A DNA stretch of 64,000 bases. It comes from an uncultured delta proteobacterium. GTDB taxonomy: Bacteria > Myxococcota_A > Polyangia > Polyangiales > Polyangiaceae. The DNA is taken from the NCBI GenBank assembly GCA_963716725.1, contig CAVQUB010000018.1, forward strand, positions 32,001-96,000. The letters run 5' to 3'. The notes below the pieces were generated by a model. The model saw nothing but the letters and a program-made list of their open reading frames with translations, ran no database searches and was not told the DNA's origin. The position numbers and the translations under genes were made by a program. Below, piece by piece: positions 1 to 11,113 of this stretch (the first letter of the stretch is position 1; each line of letters starts with the position of its first letter).

Positions 1-2459
1 ATTTCGTGAGGATCTAGGGAGAGGTCTTCGATGACGGGGCCACGGTCCGGCGGGGCCACGGCCGCGGACGATCGCCTCGTGATCGAGGGCCCGACGCTGG
101 GCGGCGCCGGTCGACGCGACGGCACGCTCTTGCTCGGCGTGTCGTCCATGGAAGGAGGTGCGACCGATTTGCGCGGCGGCCCCACCGAGGGTGGCGATGG
201 CGCGAGGCGCCGCATCAGGGCAGACGGCGTCGAGGGCGTCGACGGACTCGACGGCGTCGAGGGCGTCGACGGATAAGAGGGCGACGTGAGCTCGAAGCTG
301 CGCATCTCTGCGCTCTTCGGTTCGGCGTTGCGCAGATCGGACGCGTCGTGGATCACGGTTCGGTCTTCGGACCCCGGCAACCGCAGCGCGCGAGGCGGCG
401 CGACCGGCATGACGCCGGGCCTGTCCTGTCGGGAGGGTCGGGCAGCCGCGGGGGTCTCCACGGGCGGGAGGGGCACCGAGGCCGCGCGCGGCGGGCGCGC
501 CGGCGCCGGCTCGGGTTCGCCCTCGGGCTCGACGTCGGGCAGCGAATCGGTCGAGAACGCCAGCTGCTCGTCCAGCAGCGCCTCGGAGGAGATGTCCAAC
601 ACCTGATCGGGTCCCAGCTCCTCCACCTCTTCGGCGGGTACCTCCTCGGGTTCGGGTTCGGGTTCGGGTTCGGGTTCGGGTTCGGGTTCGGGTTCGGGTT
701 CGGGTTCGGGTTCGGGTTCGGGGGCGGGTGCGGGTTCCGATTCGGGTGCGGGGGCGGGTTCGGGGGCGGGTTCCGATTCGGGTTCGGGCATGTCACCGAA
801 CACGTCCGGGAGCTCGGGCTCGTAGGGCAGACCGCCGGCCGCCTGAACCGGTCGAGCGGGCGGAATGGTGACGACCGCATCCGGGCTCGGCGCATCATCG
901 CGCTGGGGCGGCACCGTGGGCACGGCGTTGAGCTCGTCGTAACTCTCCGGTGGCTCGGAGGGCGGTCGCTGCGGCGCCGGAGCCTGGGCCTTCACTGTCG
1001 CGAGCACCTTGGCCTGCGCCTCGGCCAACGCCGCGTCTGCAGCGACGACGCCGGCGACCTGGCGCGCAGGGTCATTCGCGAGATCGATGGCCACCCGCGC
1101 CTTCAGGTGCCCGCCCTGGGCGTCGTAGACGAGGCGGACCGTCGGGTTCACGTAGTCGGACGGCTCGGCGGGCGTCTTGAGCACCACCCCGCGCTCGCCG
1201 GTGTTGAGCTGTACCGGCGTGCCTCGTGGAAAGATCCCGAGCGCTCCCACCAGCAACGCCAGCATCGCTCGCGCAGTCGCGTCCTTCGCTTCAACACGCA
1301 TCTGCTCGAGTGCCTCGTCCGGCGTGAGCGTGGCGGCCGCCGCCAGATCGGGCTCGAGCAGCTCGTTGAAGCGGTTTGCCGTCGCGACGATACGGGGCGC
1401 CACCATGGCTCGTCGAGCGCCCCCGTAGAGCGGACCGAATTGCTCTGCTTGCCGCATCCAGTGCGACTCGTAGCCAATCACGGTACGCACCATGGATGCC
1501 GGGCGAAGCTGACCGAGGGCGGTGAGCACCAAGGCAGTTGCAGCTGGAAGGCGCTGCTCGGCGTCCTCGGTCATTCGCATCACCACGACCTCATTGCCGC
1601 GTCCGACCACACCCGTCACGAGCGGGTGCGCCACGTCGAAGAACAGGGCGCTCATCGCGATACGCGCCAACGCTCCGAGGTCGTTCGTGAGCTGCCGCGC
1701 CACCGCCACCGCGAGAATGCTGCGGTTCACCGAGCGGCCCGCCGTATCGTGGTTCAGGTTTCGCATGGCAGTGATGCCGAGAAACGCAGGGGTGTCGCCC
1801 TCCGAGAGCATCACCAACCGCTGCGCCAGGCGCTTGGCGTGGTGCGGCAGTTGGTAGCGTCCGTTGGTGAGGTTCTCGAAGATGCGTCGCATGACCACCA
1901 CACTGGTGGCGTAGGTGCGAACGACTTGCTCCTCGACCGTGAGATCTTCTTCTCCCTCGCCCATCCGAGCCGGATTGACGTAGCGCAGTCGAACGCGCGG
2001 TGATGGCTCGATGACTCCGTTCTCGGCGCGGGCGTCGCCCTGCTGAAAAAGGCGCGCCAGGGCCGTCAGATCGGCACGGGTGGCGTCGGTCTCGATCATG
2101 ACCTCGGAGACGCCCAGCCTTCGGACCATGGCGCCGAGTTCGAGGGCGTTTTCGTATTCACCACGCGAGGCTTTGAGCAGGTGACCGGCCACGAACACCG
2201 TGCTCTTGGCGAAGAGCAAAGTCAGCGGCTCGCCGGTCGCCACGCCGAAACCCCGAAGCGCCTCGACGGTCTGATCGATCTGCTGGAGCACGGCCATGTT
2301 GTCGATGGCGTGAAGCTGGACAATCTTGAGCAAGCGGAAGATCTGAAGTGCCAACGACGCGCCGATCTCGCGTTGTTGATGGGCCTGTGCGAGTTCGGCG
2401 ACGTTCCGCAGATAGGCGTTCTGTTGCGCCTCGTCGGCGGTCTGAATGCCGTCGCTCAT
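1..2459 (-). CDS. Degenerate HD-GYP-like protein with long Pro/Glu/Ser-rich C-terminal tail (3' end outside window)
   Basis: Not in ORF track (no stop in window). ATG at 2459 overlaps the kinase stop (ATGA). Translated by hand: [16 protein letters not shown]...[21 protein letters not shown]...[10 protein letters not shown]...[13 protein letters not shown]...[20 protein letters not shown]; open to position 1. Confidence 0.8.
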   Translation of the reverse strand, partial: MSDGIQTADEAQQNAYLRNVAELAQAHQQREIGASLALQIFRLLKIVQLHAIDNMAVLQQIDQTVEALRGFGVATGEPLTLLFAKSTVFVAGHLLKASRGEYENALELGAMVRRLGVSEVMIETDATRADLTALARLFQQGDARAENGVIEPSPRVRLRYVNPARMGEGEEDLTVEEQVVRTYATSVVVMRRIFENLTNGRYQLPHHAKRLAQRLVMLSEGDTPAFLGITAMRNLNHDTAGRSVNRSILAVAVARQLTNDLGALARIAMSALFFDVAHPLVTGVVGRGNEVVVMRMTEDAEQRLPAATALVLTALGQLRPASMVRTVIGYESHWMRQAEQFGPLYGGARRAMVAPRIVATANRFNELLEPDLAAAATLTPDEALEQMRVEAKDATARAMLALLVGALGIFPRGTPVQLNTGERGVVLKTPAEPSDYVNPTVRLVYDAQGGHLKARVAIDLANDPARQVAGVVAADAALAEAQAKVLATVKAQAPAPQRPPSEPPESYDELNAVPTVPPQRDDAPSPDAVVTIPPARPVQAAGGLPYEPELPDVFGDMPEPESEPAPEPAPAPESEPAPAPEPEPEPEPEPEPEPEPEPEPEPEPEEVPAEEVEELGPDQVLDISSEALLDEQLAFSTDSLPDVEPEGEPEPAPARPPRAASVPLPPVETPAAARPSRQDRPGVMPVAPPRALRLPGSEDRTVIHDASDLRNAEPKSAEMRSFELTSPSYPSTPSTPSSPSTPSTPSALMRRLAPSPPSVGPPRKSVAPPSMDDTPSKSVPSRRPAPPSVGPSITRRSSAAVAPPDRGPVIEDLSLDPHE
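645..722. repeat. Hexamer tandem repeat (TTCGGG)x12 plus one CTCGGG, encoding (Pro-Glu)n on the minus strand
   Basis: Directly visible; reads CCC GAA in the frame of the 1..2459 gene. Confidence 0.95.
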
Positions 2460-5194
2460 CGCTGCAGTCTCGCCTTGAATTGGATCGCCGCCTGCTGCGC
2501 CGCGTTCTTGACCGCGGCCGAGTTGCCCCACTTGCCCGAGGCCTGCTCGAGGACCTGGAGGACTTCCTTGGAAGTGCCGACCCTGACCAAGAAATGCATG
2601 GCCAAGATCCGGGTATCGTCGACGTCCTCGCGGGTGAACATGCCCGCCTTCGACACCAGATCTTTCAACAGGGCCTCGCCTCGGGCCGGAGACAGTTCGT
2701 ACAAGGTCTCGAAGAAGAGCTGCCGCTCGTCGACGGCCAGCTTGTGGAAGGCCGCGCTCTGGATGTGTAGGGCGAGCGGCGGCCCAGCTTCTTTCACCTT
2801 GTAACGCACCAGGGTGCGAAGCGAAGCCATCCGCACGGCGGGGTCGTGATCGGTCATCAGCTTGCCGAGCTCGTCGCGCAGGCCCTCCATGTTGGCGGCC
2901 GCGCGCATGGCCACTGCCTCGACGCGCAGCTCCGCGTGGGGGCTGGTCTCCGCCTTGCGCAACGCGACGGCGGCGGCCTCGGTCTTGAGCCGCCCCAAGA
3001 GCGCCAGCACGACCTTGCCGCGCGCGAGGTCGGGGTCGTCGAGCAGCTCACCAATGCGCTCCTCGCGCCCAACCGCGTGCTTCTCCAAGTAGCGAATCAA
3101 AGCGTTTCTAACGTCCTCGATCTCGGCGCGCGCCATGGCGCCGAGCACCGCTCCGAACGACTCCGAGCCCGCGTCCTCGAGCAGCACGGCGAGGTAGGGA
3201 GCACAGCGAGTGATCTTGGGCCACTCTGCCTCGGGCAACTTGCGCGTGAGCTCCTTGAGCACCATCGTCAGGGTGTCCTCGTCGAGCACCCGCCGCACCA
3301 GCTCGCTACGGATCTCGGGGCCGCCACGCACCGACACGCTCTCCGCCACGGCCACCACCATCCGGAGAGCAAACTCCAAGGTTTGGCTGGCCGCGTTCTC
3401 GTGCAGCGCGCCACCGAGGGGCACAGCCGCCAGGGGCAAGTTGCCGAAAGTCACCGCGTCGTTGGCAGCGTCGGCCAACGCATCGACGAAGCGCGCCTCC
3501 CACTCGTGCTCGGGCATGTCCATGGCTGCGGCGATGGCGGCCCTCGAACGCTCGTCGAGCGCCAGCGCGGAGGAGGCACGGACGGCGCGCAGCGCGACCT
3601 GACGCGCGGCGATGGCCGCGGCCTTTTCTTCGAGGTCCATGGCCTCGTCAGGCTCCGCGTTCTCGCCGCGGCGGCGGTTGATTGCGGCCAGGATCTGATG
3701 CCCGTCCTCGAGCAACGCCTCGTACTGGCGAGCTACCTCGTCGGAGGCGTTGAGCGCCAAGAACGACATCACGACCAGGTATCGCACGTGTTCGAACCCG
3801 CGCTCCCAGAACGCGGTGGCCATGTCGTCTTCGGGAGAGAAATCCCGATACGGGTCCTTGCGAACGAGTTCGAGCCAAGCGCGGAGCTCTTCCGCCGTGA
3901 TGCCGGGCAGAAATGTGAACTTGCGGAACCCGCTGGCGAACAGGTTGTAGGGGATCTCGTCGAAGGGATGCAGCGGCTCCCAGAGTACGGCTCCGCGCTT
4001 GGTGAACGAGTGCGGCTTCACGTCGAAGACGAAGTCTTCGGGGTGGCGGGCCAGAACCTGGCCGAGCACCTCGGCGGTGGCCGCGATCTGCTGCGAGGTG
4101 ACCGGGTGGTCCCAGGTGTACTGGCGGACGGCCGTGAGCGCGCGTTCGATTTGACGAAAGGCTTCTTGCAAGTGCGCCACGAGTTGCTGCTCGTCGGGCG
4201 AGAGCGGCGCTTCGCGTTTGGCCCCTTCCTCTTGCTCAGCCAGCGCGGCGAGCTGGCTGGCCGCTGGGGCCTTCCGCTCGGGCTCGGCAGCTCTTGGTTC
4301 CGCCGCTTGGTCCTGCAAGACGCCGAGGATTCGCGCGATTTCGTCGCGCATCTCCTGGGCGTTCTGGAAGCGGTTGCGCGGATCCCATTGCAGGGCACGG
4401 TCCACCAGCGCCACGGCATCGGGCGGCAAATCGCCCTTTGCTCGGGCAACGCTGGGCGCGGGTCGGGTGGCCGCGAGCACGAAGGCCTCTTGATGCGAGC
4501 GCCCTTCGTGGAGGCGCTTGCCGCTGAGCATCGCGTGCAGCACTGCGCCGATGGAAAAGAGGTCGGTGCGCGCGTCGATACGGTCGTTGGATCCGAGCGC
4601 CTGTTCCGGAGCCATGTACGCGGGCGTGCCGAGGGCGGTGCCGGCCAAGGTCGGGTCGACGCCGGCTTCACGCAGGCGGGCGACGCCGAAGTCGAGCACT
4701 TTTACGTAACCGGAGTCCGTGACGAAGATGTTCGCGGGCTTGAGATCGCGGTGAACGATGTTCATGCCGTGACACACCGCGAGAAAGTCGAGCACGCGGT
4801 CGATGATCTCGAGCGCGTACTCCACCGGCAGCGTGCGGTTGTGGCGCTTCCACAGCTTGTCGAGGGTGACCCCTTCGAGGATCTCCATGACGAAGTAGGG
4901 CTCGCCGTCCGCGCTGGTGCCTTCGTCGTAGATCTCGACGCGACCCGAGTGGTCCACCGCTTGAGTGAGCTTTGCCTCTCGGATGAAGCGCTGACGAACC
5001 CCGTCGTTGGTCGAGAACTCCGAGTGCAACACCTTGATCGCGACGGGGTTGCCGTCCGGATCCTGGGACTGGTAGACGGCCGCCATTCCGCCGAGGCCGA
5101 TCAGCTTCTCGATCGGCCACTTGTCCGCGACGACGGTCCCGATGCGCTGTTTGGCGAGGCTCAGCTCGTCTTGAACTGGCTGCTCTGCGGCCAT
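2456..5194 (-). CDS. Ser/Thr protein kinase with C-terminal HEAT-like helical repeats
   Basis: [33 protein letters not shown]-terminal repeats such as HAELRVEAV and [14 protein letters not shown]. Confidence 0.92.
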   Translation of the reverse strand: MAAEQPVQDELSLAKQRIGTVVADKWPIEKLIGLGGMAAVYQSQDPDGNPVAIKVLHSEFSTNDGVRQRFIREAKLTQAVDHSGRVEIYDEGTSADGEPYFVMEILEGVTLDKLWKRHNRTLPVEYALEIIDRVLDFLAVCHGMNIVHRDLKPANIFVTDSGYVKVLDFGVARLREAGVDPTLAGTALGTPAYMAPEQALGSNDRIDARTDLFSIGAVLHAMLSGKRLHEGRSHQEAFVLAATRPAPSVARAKGDLPPDAVALVDRALQWDPRNRFQNAQEMRDEIARILGVLQDQAAEPRAAEPERKAPAASQLAALAEQEEGAKREAPLSPDEQQLVAHLQEAFRQIERALTAVRQYTWDHPVTSQQIAATAEVLGQVLARHPEDFVFDVKPHSFTKRGAVLWEPLHPFDEIPYNLFASGFRKFTFLPGITAEELRAWLELVRKDPYRDFSPEDDMATAFWERGFEHVRYLVVMSFLALNASDEVARQYEALLEDGHQILAAINRRRGENAEPDEAMDLEEKAAAIAARQVALRAVRASSALALDERSRAAIAAAMDMPEHEWEARFVDALADAANDAVTFGNLPLAAVPLGGALHENAASQTLEFALRMVVAVAESVSVRGGPEIRSELVRRVLDEDTLTMVLKELTRKLPEAEWPKITRCAPYLAVLLEDAGSESFGAVLGAMARAEIEDVRNALIRYLEKHAVGREERIGELLDDPDLARGKVVLALLGRLKTEAAAVALRKAETSPHAELRVEAVAMRAAANMEGLRDELGKLMTDHDPAVRMASLRTLVRYKVKEAGPPLALHIQSAAFHKLAVDERQLFFETLYELSPARGEALLKDLVSKAGMFTREDVDDTRILAMHFLVRVGTSKEVLQVLEQASGKWGNSAAVKNAAQQAAIQFKARLQR

Positions 5195-5300
5195 GGCGTG
5201 CCCCGACGGGATCAGCTCATCATAGAAGCGTCACCAGGCGAGGCAAGCGTCTGGACCTTGGATTCCCCTTGGGATTTGCCGCACCCCCAGGAACACTCGT

Positions 5301-7085
5301 TCAGCGCTTCGAGCGCCGCGATCGCCCGAGGCGCCGGAGCGGCAGCGCGACGGCGGAAAAAAGCAGGAAAAGCGCGCTGACGCGGAGCCGGCGGGGTCGG
5401 CTGCGGATCGAGCAATCGCCGCCGCTGGACCCCGACCCGCAGCTGTCCCCGCCTCCGGCGTCGCCTCCGGAGCAAGTGTCCCCTTCGGCGCCGGACCCCG
5501 AGTCTCCACCACAAGTGTCAGCATCCCCATTCCCGGTGGAGTCGCCCGCGCAGGTGTCGCCTTCGTCACCCGCGCCTGTCGAGTCGCCGCCGCAGGTATC
5601 ACCGTCATCGGAGCTCGAATCGCCGCTGCAACCGTCGTCGGATCCGTTGGAGCTGCTGCCGTTGCACGACTCCACGAATTGAACCCCACAGCTCACGTCG
5701 ACCCGCGGCTCGGGAGTCGGATCGGGCTCCCAGTACCCCGTGCTCGCGCCGTAGCCGCCTTGGGCTCCGTCGCCGCCGTAGCCCGCGCCGCCGGTAGTGC
5801 CTCCGGAGCCCGTGCCGCCGCCGACCCCACTGGTGCAGCCCGTCGTATTTTGGGTGGCTGCCGTCACCAGCAACGACACGGGGGGTCCTTGGGTCAGGGC
5901 GAGGGCTGCGGCATCCGGAGAGTTCGGGCCGGCGATGGTCGCGTGTCGGGTGATGCTGACCAAGTCTGCGCGCATCCCGGCGAGTGCGAAGGCGATGTCA
6001 TCGGCTCCGCCGCATCGCAGCGACGCGACGGAGATCTCCCCAGCCCCGGGCGCCTCGGTGCAGGCCGGCGCGCCGGCGAGATCTGGAACCGAGACGAGGG
6101 CTCCCGCGGCGCACGCGCGAGCAAGACGGGCACCGGTCTTGCCCGCAGCGATCGCGTCCCAAACCGGCGCGACGCAGAGGTCCGAGGGCGAGACTCCGGC
6201 GACCTCTTTCTTGGCCTTCTCGAAGTAGCTCTTCACGCCAGGCGCGAGGGCGCCGGCGCCCGCAGGCAGGACCGTCCAGCCGAAGAGCGGTGTGCTGCCG
6301 CTGCTCTCGATCACCGAGAGAGCGCCTTGTTTCGCCAGGAGCTCGGTGCGGCGGTCCTGCACGTAGCTGCTGATCCCGTCGACCGATAGCCACTCGTTTC
6401 CGACCTCGCTCGCGCCGATCTCTTCCACCCCGGCCACCCAACCCGCTCGGCCCTCCGCGATGCTGAACAGCGTCACGTCCGGCGAAGCGTCGGAGGCAAG
6501 GAGTGCGATGTGAGGCGACGGACTCGCCGTCGGCTGGGCGATCCGGAGCGGCTCCGAAATGCCTTTTTCCTGGCCCAGATCGTACACAACGGCGACGAAG
6601 CGCGGGGCCCCTGTCGCTGCCAGCGCCGCGACGTCGTCGTTGTCCAGACTGACTCCTTGCTGAATGGCGAAGGACCCGACCTGCGTGAGATCGTCGAGCA
6701 CGGCGATGGTGCTCGGAGCCAGGGAGCTCTCGGGACTCGAGCTCGTGTTCTCGAGGGAGCCCTCGTGAGTCGCTCCGCAAACAAGCACGGGCTTGGGAGG
6801 GCGAATGCGCGGAGCCGTCACGCCGTCGATGGCGAAGAAGAACGCTTCGAGGGACGGATCCACCCTGGTGCCCGGGGCGACGGGCAGCACCACGACGAGC
6901 CGCCCGGGACCGCCCTCGACACCGAGCGAGAGCCACTGGGTCGTCCACAGGGGAGCGCGGGCAATGGCGACGCGCGACGAGCTGACGAAGATTGTCCCGT
7001 CGGAAGCGGTGAGCACCCTGCCCGCGCCCTGCGCTGAACTCGCCGCTAGTACTAGCGCCAAAGAGAAAGCAACCCGACGAACCAT
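5301..7085 (-). CDS. Secreted DUF2330-like surface protein with Gly/Asp/Cys repeats and MYXO-CTERM-like anchor
   Basis: Real start is probably MVRRVAFSLALVLAASSAQGA (signal peptide); VVLPVAPG...FFFAIDGVTAPRI resembles DUF2330; tail GGDCS-hydrophobic-RRLGRSRR. Confidence 0.65.
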   Translation of the reverse strand: MVRRVAFSLALVLAASSAQGAGRVLTASDGTIFVSSSRVAIARAPLWTTQWLSLGVEGGPGRLVVVLPVAPGTRVDPSLEAFFFAIDGVTAPRIRPPKPVLVCGATHEGSLENTSSSPESSLAPSTIAVLDDLTQVGSFAIQQGVSLDNDDVAALAATGAPRFVAVVYDLGQEKGISEPLRIAQPTASPSPHIALLASDASPDVTLFSIAEGRAGWVAGVEEIGASEVGNEWLSVDGISSYVQDRRTELLAKQGALSVIESSGSTPLFGWTVLPAGAGALAPGVKSYFEKAKKEVAGVSPSDLCVAPVWDAIAAGKTGARLARACAAGALVSVPDLAGAPACTEAPGAGEISVASLRCGGADDIAFALAGMRADLVSITRHATIAGPNSPDAAALALTQGPPVSLLVTAATQNTTGCTSGVGGGTGSGGTTGGAGYGGDGAQGGYGASTGYWEPDPTPEPRVDVSCGVQFVESCNGSSSNGSDDGCSGDSSSDDGDTCGGDSTGAGDEGDTCAGDSTGNGDADTCGGDSGSGAEGDTCSGGDAGGGDSCGSGSSGGDCSIRSRPRRLRVSALFLLFSAVALPLRRLGRSRRSKR

Positions 7086-7100
7086 GCCACTCGCGTCCAG

Positions 7101-7116
7101 AGCAACGATCGTGCCG
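7101..7116 (-). promoter_or_regulatory. Putative sigma54 -24/-12 promoter
   Basis: Minus strand CGGCACGATCGTTGCT = GG-N10-GC, matches TGGCACG-N4-TTGCW; just upstream of ATG 7085. Confidence 0.65.
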
Positions 7117-7209
7117 CGAGGGGATCCGCGGGGCACACGGGCGACTTCTCGGTCCCGCGTGAACGCCGGTTGGCCGTCGAGCCTGTGCGCCTGCTGCGTC
7201 ACCCGGCGC

Positions 7210-7897
7210 TCACTTGGGCGCGCACGTCGCATAGCCCGGGGGCAACGCCGAATCTGGCGAGCATGCCGTCCCGGACGCGCAGGCCTTGCCCCCGGGATGA
7301 CACACCTCGCGCCGCGTCGCACCCACTCGGTCGCTGGTGCAGGTCTCCCGACATTCGAGCAGGTCCCAGATGGAGGACACGAGGCCCTTCTCGGCGCAAC
7401 ACACCTTGCCCGCTGAGCAGTCTTCGGGTCCGTCGCACTTGATCTCCGATCTCGTGGCAGACGACGCCGCTGCATTTGCACGGATTCGAGAGCTTCGTGT
7501 TCGAGCAGTACAGCGGCTTGCCGTCCGCCTTGCAGCAGGCGTCGCCGGCGCTGAAGGCGCAGCTGAGGGCGCCGCAAGGCCCGGTGCCGATGCCCGGCGG
7601 ACCTCCGCCGCTGCCTCCGCCCGTGCCTCCACCGCTGGACGTCGCTCCCGTGCCGCCGCTTCCCCCACTGCCACCGGTGGCGGCCGAAGCGCCGCTGCCG
7701 GCCGCACCGCCGGACGCCATGCCCGCGGCGCCGCCGCTCGCGCTGCCCCCGGATCCGGCGCCGCCACCAACGCTGGTTCCCGCCGCGCCGCCCGCTCCGC
7801 CTTTGGCCGTGCTGTAGAGCCCGCCTTCTTCGGAGCCGCCGCAGGCCGCGACGCAGGCGCCCGCCGCGAGAAACAGCATGCGAGCCATCACCGCCAT
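7210..7897 (-). CDS. Gly-rich/Cys-rich myxobacterial lipoprotein, split by a +1 frameshift at about 7447
   Basis: Lipobox VAAC, Gly/Ser linker, CGALSC..ACC; continues in another frame as EIKCDGPEDC..VCC; removing one G gives CHEIEIKCDG. Confidence 0.7.
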
Positions 7898-7970
7898 CGC
7901 CCACGAATCCTGGCCCGAAGCCGGGCCGGAAGCAACCGACCTCGGAGCCAACTCGGCGTAAGCTGCCCGC

Positions 7971-8846
7971 GTGGACTACGTCGGACGCATCTATCGGCCG
8001 CCCAGCGAGAGCGGGAGCCTGCTCCTGCAAGTCACGGTCGGGTGCAGCCACAACCGCTGCTCGTTCTGTGACATGTACCGTGACAAGGCTTTTCGAGCCA
8101 AGCCGCGGGAGCAGATCGAGCACGATCTCGTCGAGGCCAGCGGGCTCGGCCCCGGCGTCTCGCGCGTCTTCTTGTGCGACGGCGATGCGTTGATCCTCTC
8201 CACCGCGCGCTTGATCGAAATCCTGAGCTCCATCCGCAAACACCTGCCCTGGGTCCAGCGCGTGGGCACCTACGGGGACACGCGCAGCGTGGGAAAGAAG
8301 AGCCCCGCGGAGCTGCGCGAACTCGCGGACGCCGGGCTCGGCATCGTCTATCACGGGGTCGAGAGCGGGAACGACGAAGTGCTGGCCTTCATCGACAAAG
8401 GTGGCACCCGCGAGCAGTGCATCGCAACAGCAGGCAAGTTGCGCGACGCCGGCATCGTGCACTCGGTGATCGTTCTGCTCGGCATCGGTGGTACGCGCTG
8501 GTCGGAGGCGCACGCTCGAGACACCGCCACGGCGCTCACCGCAATGGACCCACCCTACGTCGGGGCGCTCACGACCACCGTCGTGCCGGGAACGCCGCTG
8601 GCCGCCGCAGAGGCCCGAGGTGAGTTCACGCTACCGAGCAAGTTCGCCTTGCTCCGCGAGCTGGGCACCCTGGTCAGCGAGAGTGAGCTGTCCGCGTGCC
8701 GGTTCTCGTCGAACCACGCCAGCAACTATTTGCCCGTGCGGGCTGAGCTGCCGCGTGACAAGGACGAGCTGGTGCGCATTCTCTCGGCGCTGATCGCCGA
8801 GGGAGACGAGTCGCGACTGAAGCCCGAGTGGATGCGGGGCCTCTGA
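7971..8846 (+). CDS. Radical SAM protein
   Basis: YRPPSE...QVTVGCSHNRCSFC (Cys cluster motif), FLCDGD, GVESG. Confidence 0.9.
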   Translation: MDYVGRIYRPPSESGSLLLQVTVGCSHNRCSFCDMYRDKAFRAKPREQIEHDLVEASGLGPGVSRVFLCDGDALILSTARLIEILSSIRKHLPWVQRVGTYGDTRSVGKKSPAELRELADAGLGIVYHGVESGNDEVLAFIDKGGTREQCIATAGKLRDAGIVHSVIVLLGIGGTRWSEAHARDTATALTAMDPPYVGALTTTVVPGTPLAAAEARGEFTLPSKFALLRELGTLVSESELSACRFSSNHASNYLPVRAELPRDKDELVRILSALIAEGDESRLKPEWMRGL

Positions 8847-8852
8847 ACGCGC

Positions 8853-9623
8853 TCAGCACTTCTCGGCGAAGGTGAACATGTACTGGTAGGGCAGCCCGTC
8901 GAAGGACGCGCATCGGAGGTAACCAGCCGCGATCATCTCCTTGTCCACGACCTCGGGGGCGAGCTTGTGGTCGTCGGGAGGCCCGACGGGCAGCTGGCCC
9001 ATCTTGAAGTCGACGATCACCACGCGCCCTCCCGGCGCCAGGCGCTCGCGGACGCGCCGGAAGTACTGGGTGCGTTCGCCGATGTGGTGGTACGTGTCGA
9101 CGACGAGCACCACGTTCACGCCGCTGGGCAGTCGGGGGTCGGACGCGCTCCCTAGGATGACCTCCACGTTGGCGGTTCCCTCGCGCTCGGCGCGCTTCAA
9201 CATGAAGTCGATCAGCTTCGGCTCGATGTCGATGGCCAACACCTTGCCCTTGGGCACCACCCGCGCGAGTCGCGCCGCAAAGTAGCCGGTGCCAGCGCCG
9301 ATGTCCGCCACGACGTCGGAGGCCGCCAGTCGCAGCTCGGCCACCACCGCGTCAGGCTTCTGCCACGCGTCGCGCTTCGGATCGTCGAAGACCTTCGACC
9401 AGCGCTCGGGGTCGTTGAAGCGGTGGTTGGCCGTCCCAGAGGAGTGCCCGTGACCCGCCGAGTTTCGCTCATGATGACCCGGCTCGTGTCCCTGGGGCGG
9501 CCCTGCGTGGGGGTGGCCCGCGGCGGGCCCCGAACTGGCAGCCTCAGGCGTCTCGGGCGCTGCCGCCGGTCCGCAGCGGACCAAAGCCAGGAGCGTGACG
9601 ATGGAAATGGCTCGTCGCAACAT
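8853..9623 (-). CDS. Class I SAM-dependent methyltransferase with signal/lipoprotein leader and His-rich linker
   Basis: RDAWQKPD, VADIGAGTGYF, AIDIE, DTYHH. Confidence 0.88.
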   Translation of the reverse strand: MLRRAISIVTLLALVRCGPAAAPETPEAASSGPAAGHPHAGPPQGHEPGHHERNSAGHGHSSGTANHRFNDPERWSKVFDDPKRDAWQKPDAVVAELRLAASDVVADIGAGTGYFAARLARVVPKGKVLAIDIEPKLIDFMLKRAEREGTANVEVILGSASDPRLPSGVNVVLVVDTYHHIGERTQYFRRVRERLAPGGRVVIVDFKMGQLPVGPPDDHKLAPEVVDKEMIAAGYLRCASFDGLPYQYMFTFAEKC

Positions 9624-9658
9624 GGGCACGGTCGATAGCACGTCCCGCGCGCGCCGAC

Positions 9659-11113
9659 TCACGCCCCGAGGCGCTTCTCGAGTCTTTCGATCTCGCGGTT
9701 TGCGTCGAGGAATCGTTCGGCCAGAGCCGTCACGAAGGTCCGCATCCAAGAGCGTTGCCCGCACTCTTGCTCCAGCGCGTCGAGCGTGATCTCCATCACC
9801 TCGACGTCGTCAATGGCCACGACGCTGGCCGCACGCGGCTGATCGGTGAAGATGCTGGTCTCGCCGAAGGCCTCGCCGGCACCCATCATCCGCAGCGACT
9901 GCCGCTTTCCGTCGGCGATCTTGTAGGCCTCGCAGCGGCCGCTGTTGATGATGTACGCCGCATCCGGGCGCTCGCCCTCACGCACGATGACCGTGCCGGC
10001 CCGGAGTTCGAGCGTGCGAAACCAGCCTCCGCCGCGCAAAAAGTCGGACACCGCACCCTTGAGCGCGTCGACGCTCGGATAGCGTTGCGACTGTTCAGCG
10101 GACAGCGCCTTCATTGTGATCCGACACAGCCCCGGCGGAAGGCGGAGCGCAGCCACTACTTGGCTAGGCGGGTCGATGTCGCCACGGAGGCTCTTCTCGA
10201 TGGCTTGCTGGGAGCTCTCGGCGGCATGGGGCGCTCGATTCGTGAGGATCCGATACAGGATGCCACCCAGGCCGAATACGTCTGTGCGCTCGTCGATCTC
10301 GGAGACCTTGCCTCGCGCCTGCTCCGGCGCCATGTACGCCGGCGTGCCGATGACGGATCGCGACAGCTCGTAGGACGCGACACCGATGCCCCGAAGCGCT
10401 CCGCTGTCGAGGCCAAAGTCCGACGGCCGGACGCCGGCCGCGAGGCGCGCGATGCCCCAATCCATCAGGTAGACCTGGCCGTGACTCCCGACCATCACGT
10501 TGTCGGGCTTCAGATCGCGGTGAATCACGCCACGGCTGTGCGCAAAGGCCACCGCGTCGCAGAGCTTGAGGAATACCTGCAAGAGCCCTTCGATATGGGC
10601 GCCCGTGAGCTGTTCCGTGTGGGCCTGGGTCACCAGCTCTTTGAGCGTCTTGCCCCGCACCAGCTTCATGGTGAAGGTCGTCGCGGCGCCCGTCTCATCC
10701 ACGCCGATGTCGTGAACCGGAACGATGTTCGGGTGATCGAGCTGACCGGTGATCTGCGCTTCTTCCAGAAACCGCGTCGCGGCGTCGGGCAGCAGGCGCA
10801 CGCTCGGGTGCAGACGTTTCTCGGCCACGGTGCGCAACAGCGCGCGGTCGAACACCCGGTGCACGCTGCCCATGCCGCCGCGACCGATCTCGCCCTGGTC
10901 TTGGAACCGCTCTTCTCTCGCGGTCGGCACGGGGTCGGAACGGTCCGACGCGGGAGAGTCCGCGCCGCCCTGGACCCTCACGCTGTCGGAGCCGTCGGCG
11001 TCGAGGGCCAAGGTGTCGAAATCTGCAGCCGTAGAGGGCTGCTCCCGGGGCTGTGCCGCCGCGCTGCTGGGGCCGACGCGGCCGATGTCGCGTGTCGCCT
11101 CGTCCTTGCTCAC
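9659..11113 (-). CDS. Ser/Thr kinase with C-terminal cyclic-nucleotide-binding domain
   Basis: [26 protein letters not shown]; cNMP motif GEAFGETSIFTDQPRAASV; GTG start overlaps upstream stop. Confidence 0.9.
   Translation of the reverse strand: MSKDEATRDIGRVGPSSAAAQPREQPSTAADFDTLALDADGSDSVRVQGGADSPASDRSDPVPTAREERFQDQGEIGRGGMGSVHRVFDRALLRTVAEKRLHPSVRLLPDAATRFLEEAQITGQLDHPNIVPVHDIGVDETGAATTFTMKLVRGKTLKELVTQAHTEQLTGAHIEGLLQVFLKLCDAVAFAHSRGVIHRDLKPDNVMVGSHGQVYLMDWGIARLAAGVRPSDFGLDSGALRGIGVASYELSRSVIGTPAYMAPEQARGKVSEIDERTDVFGLGGILYRILTNRAPHAAESSQQAIEKSLRGDIDPPSQVVAALRLPPGLCRITMKALSAEQSQRYPSVDALKGAVSDFLRGGGWFRTLELRAGTVIVREGERPDAAYIINSGRCEAYKIADGKRQSLRMMGAGEAFGETSIFTDQPRAASVVAIDDVEVMEITLDALEQECGQRSWMRTFVTALAERFLDANREIERLEKRLGA

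Noticed and set aside
348..2003. 551-aa plus-strand ORF with (GF)n repeat, and the other long antisense ORFs (e.g. 2846-5380, 22878-25304, 40768-43848)
   Set aside because: Shadow ORFs of real opposite-strand genes in high-GC DNA; no domain motifs.
5301..8513. 1070-aa single ORF
   Set aside because: The N-terminal part overlaps the radical SAM and lipoprotein genes; a signal peptide and promoter place the real start at 7085.
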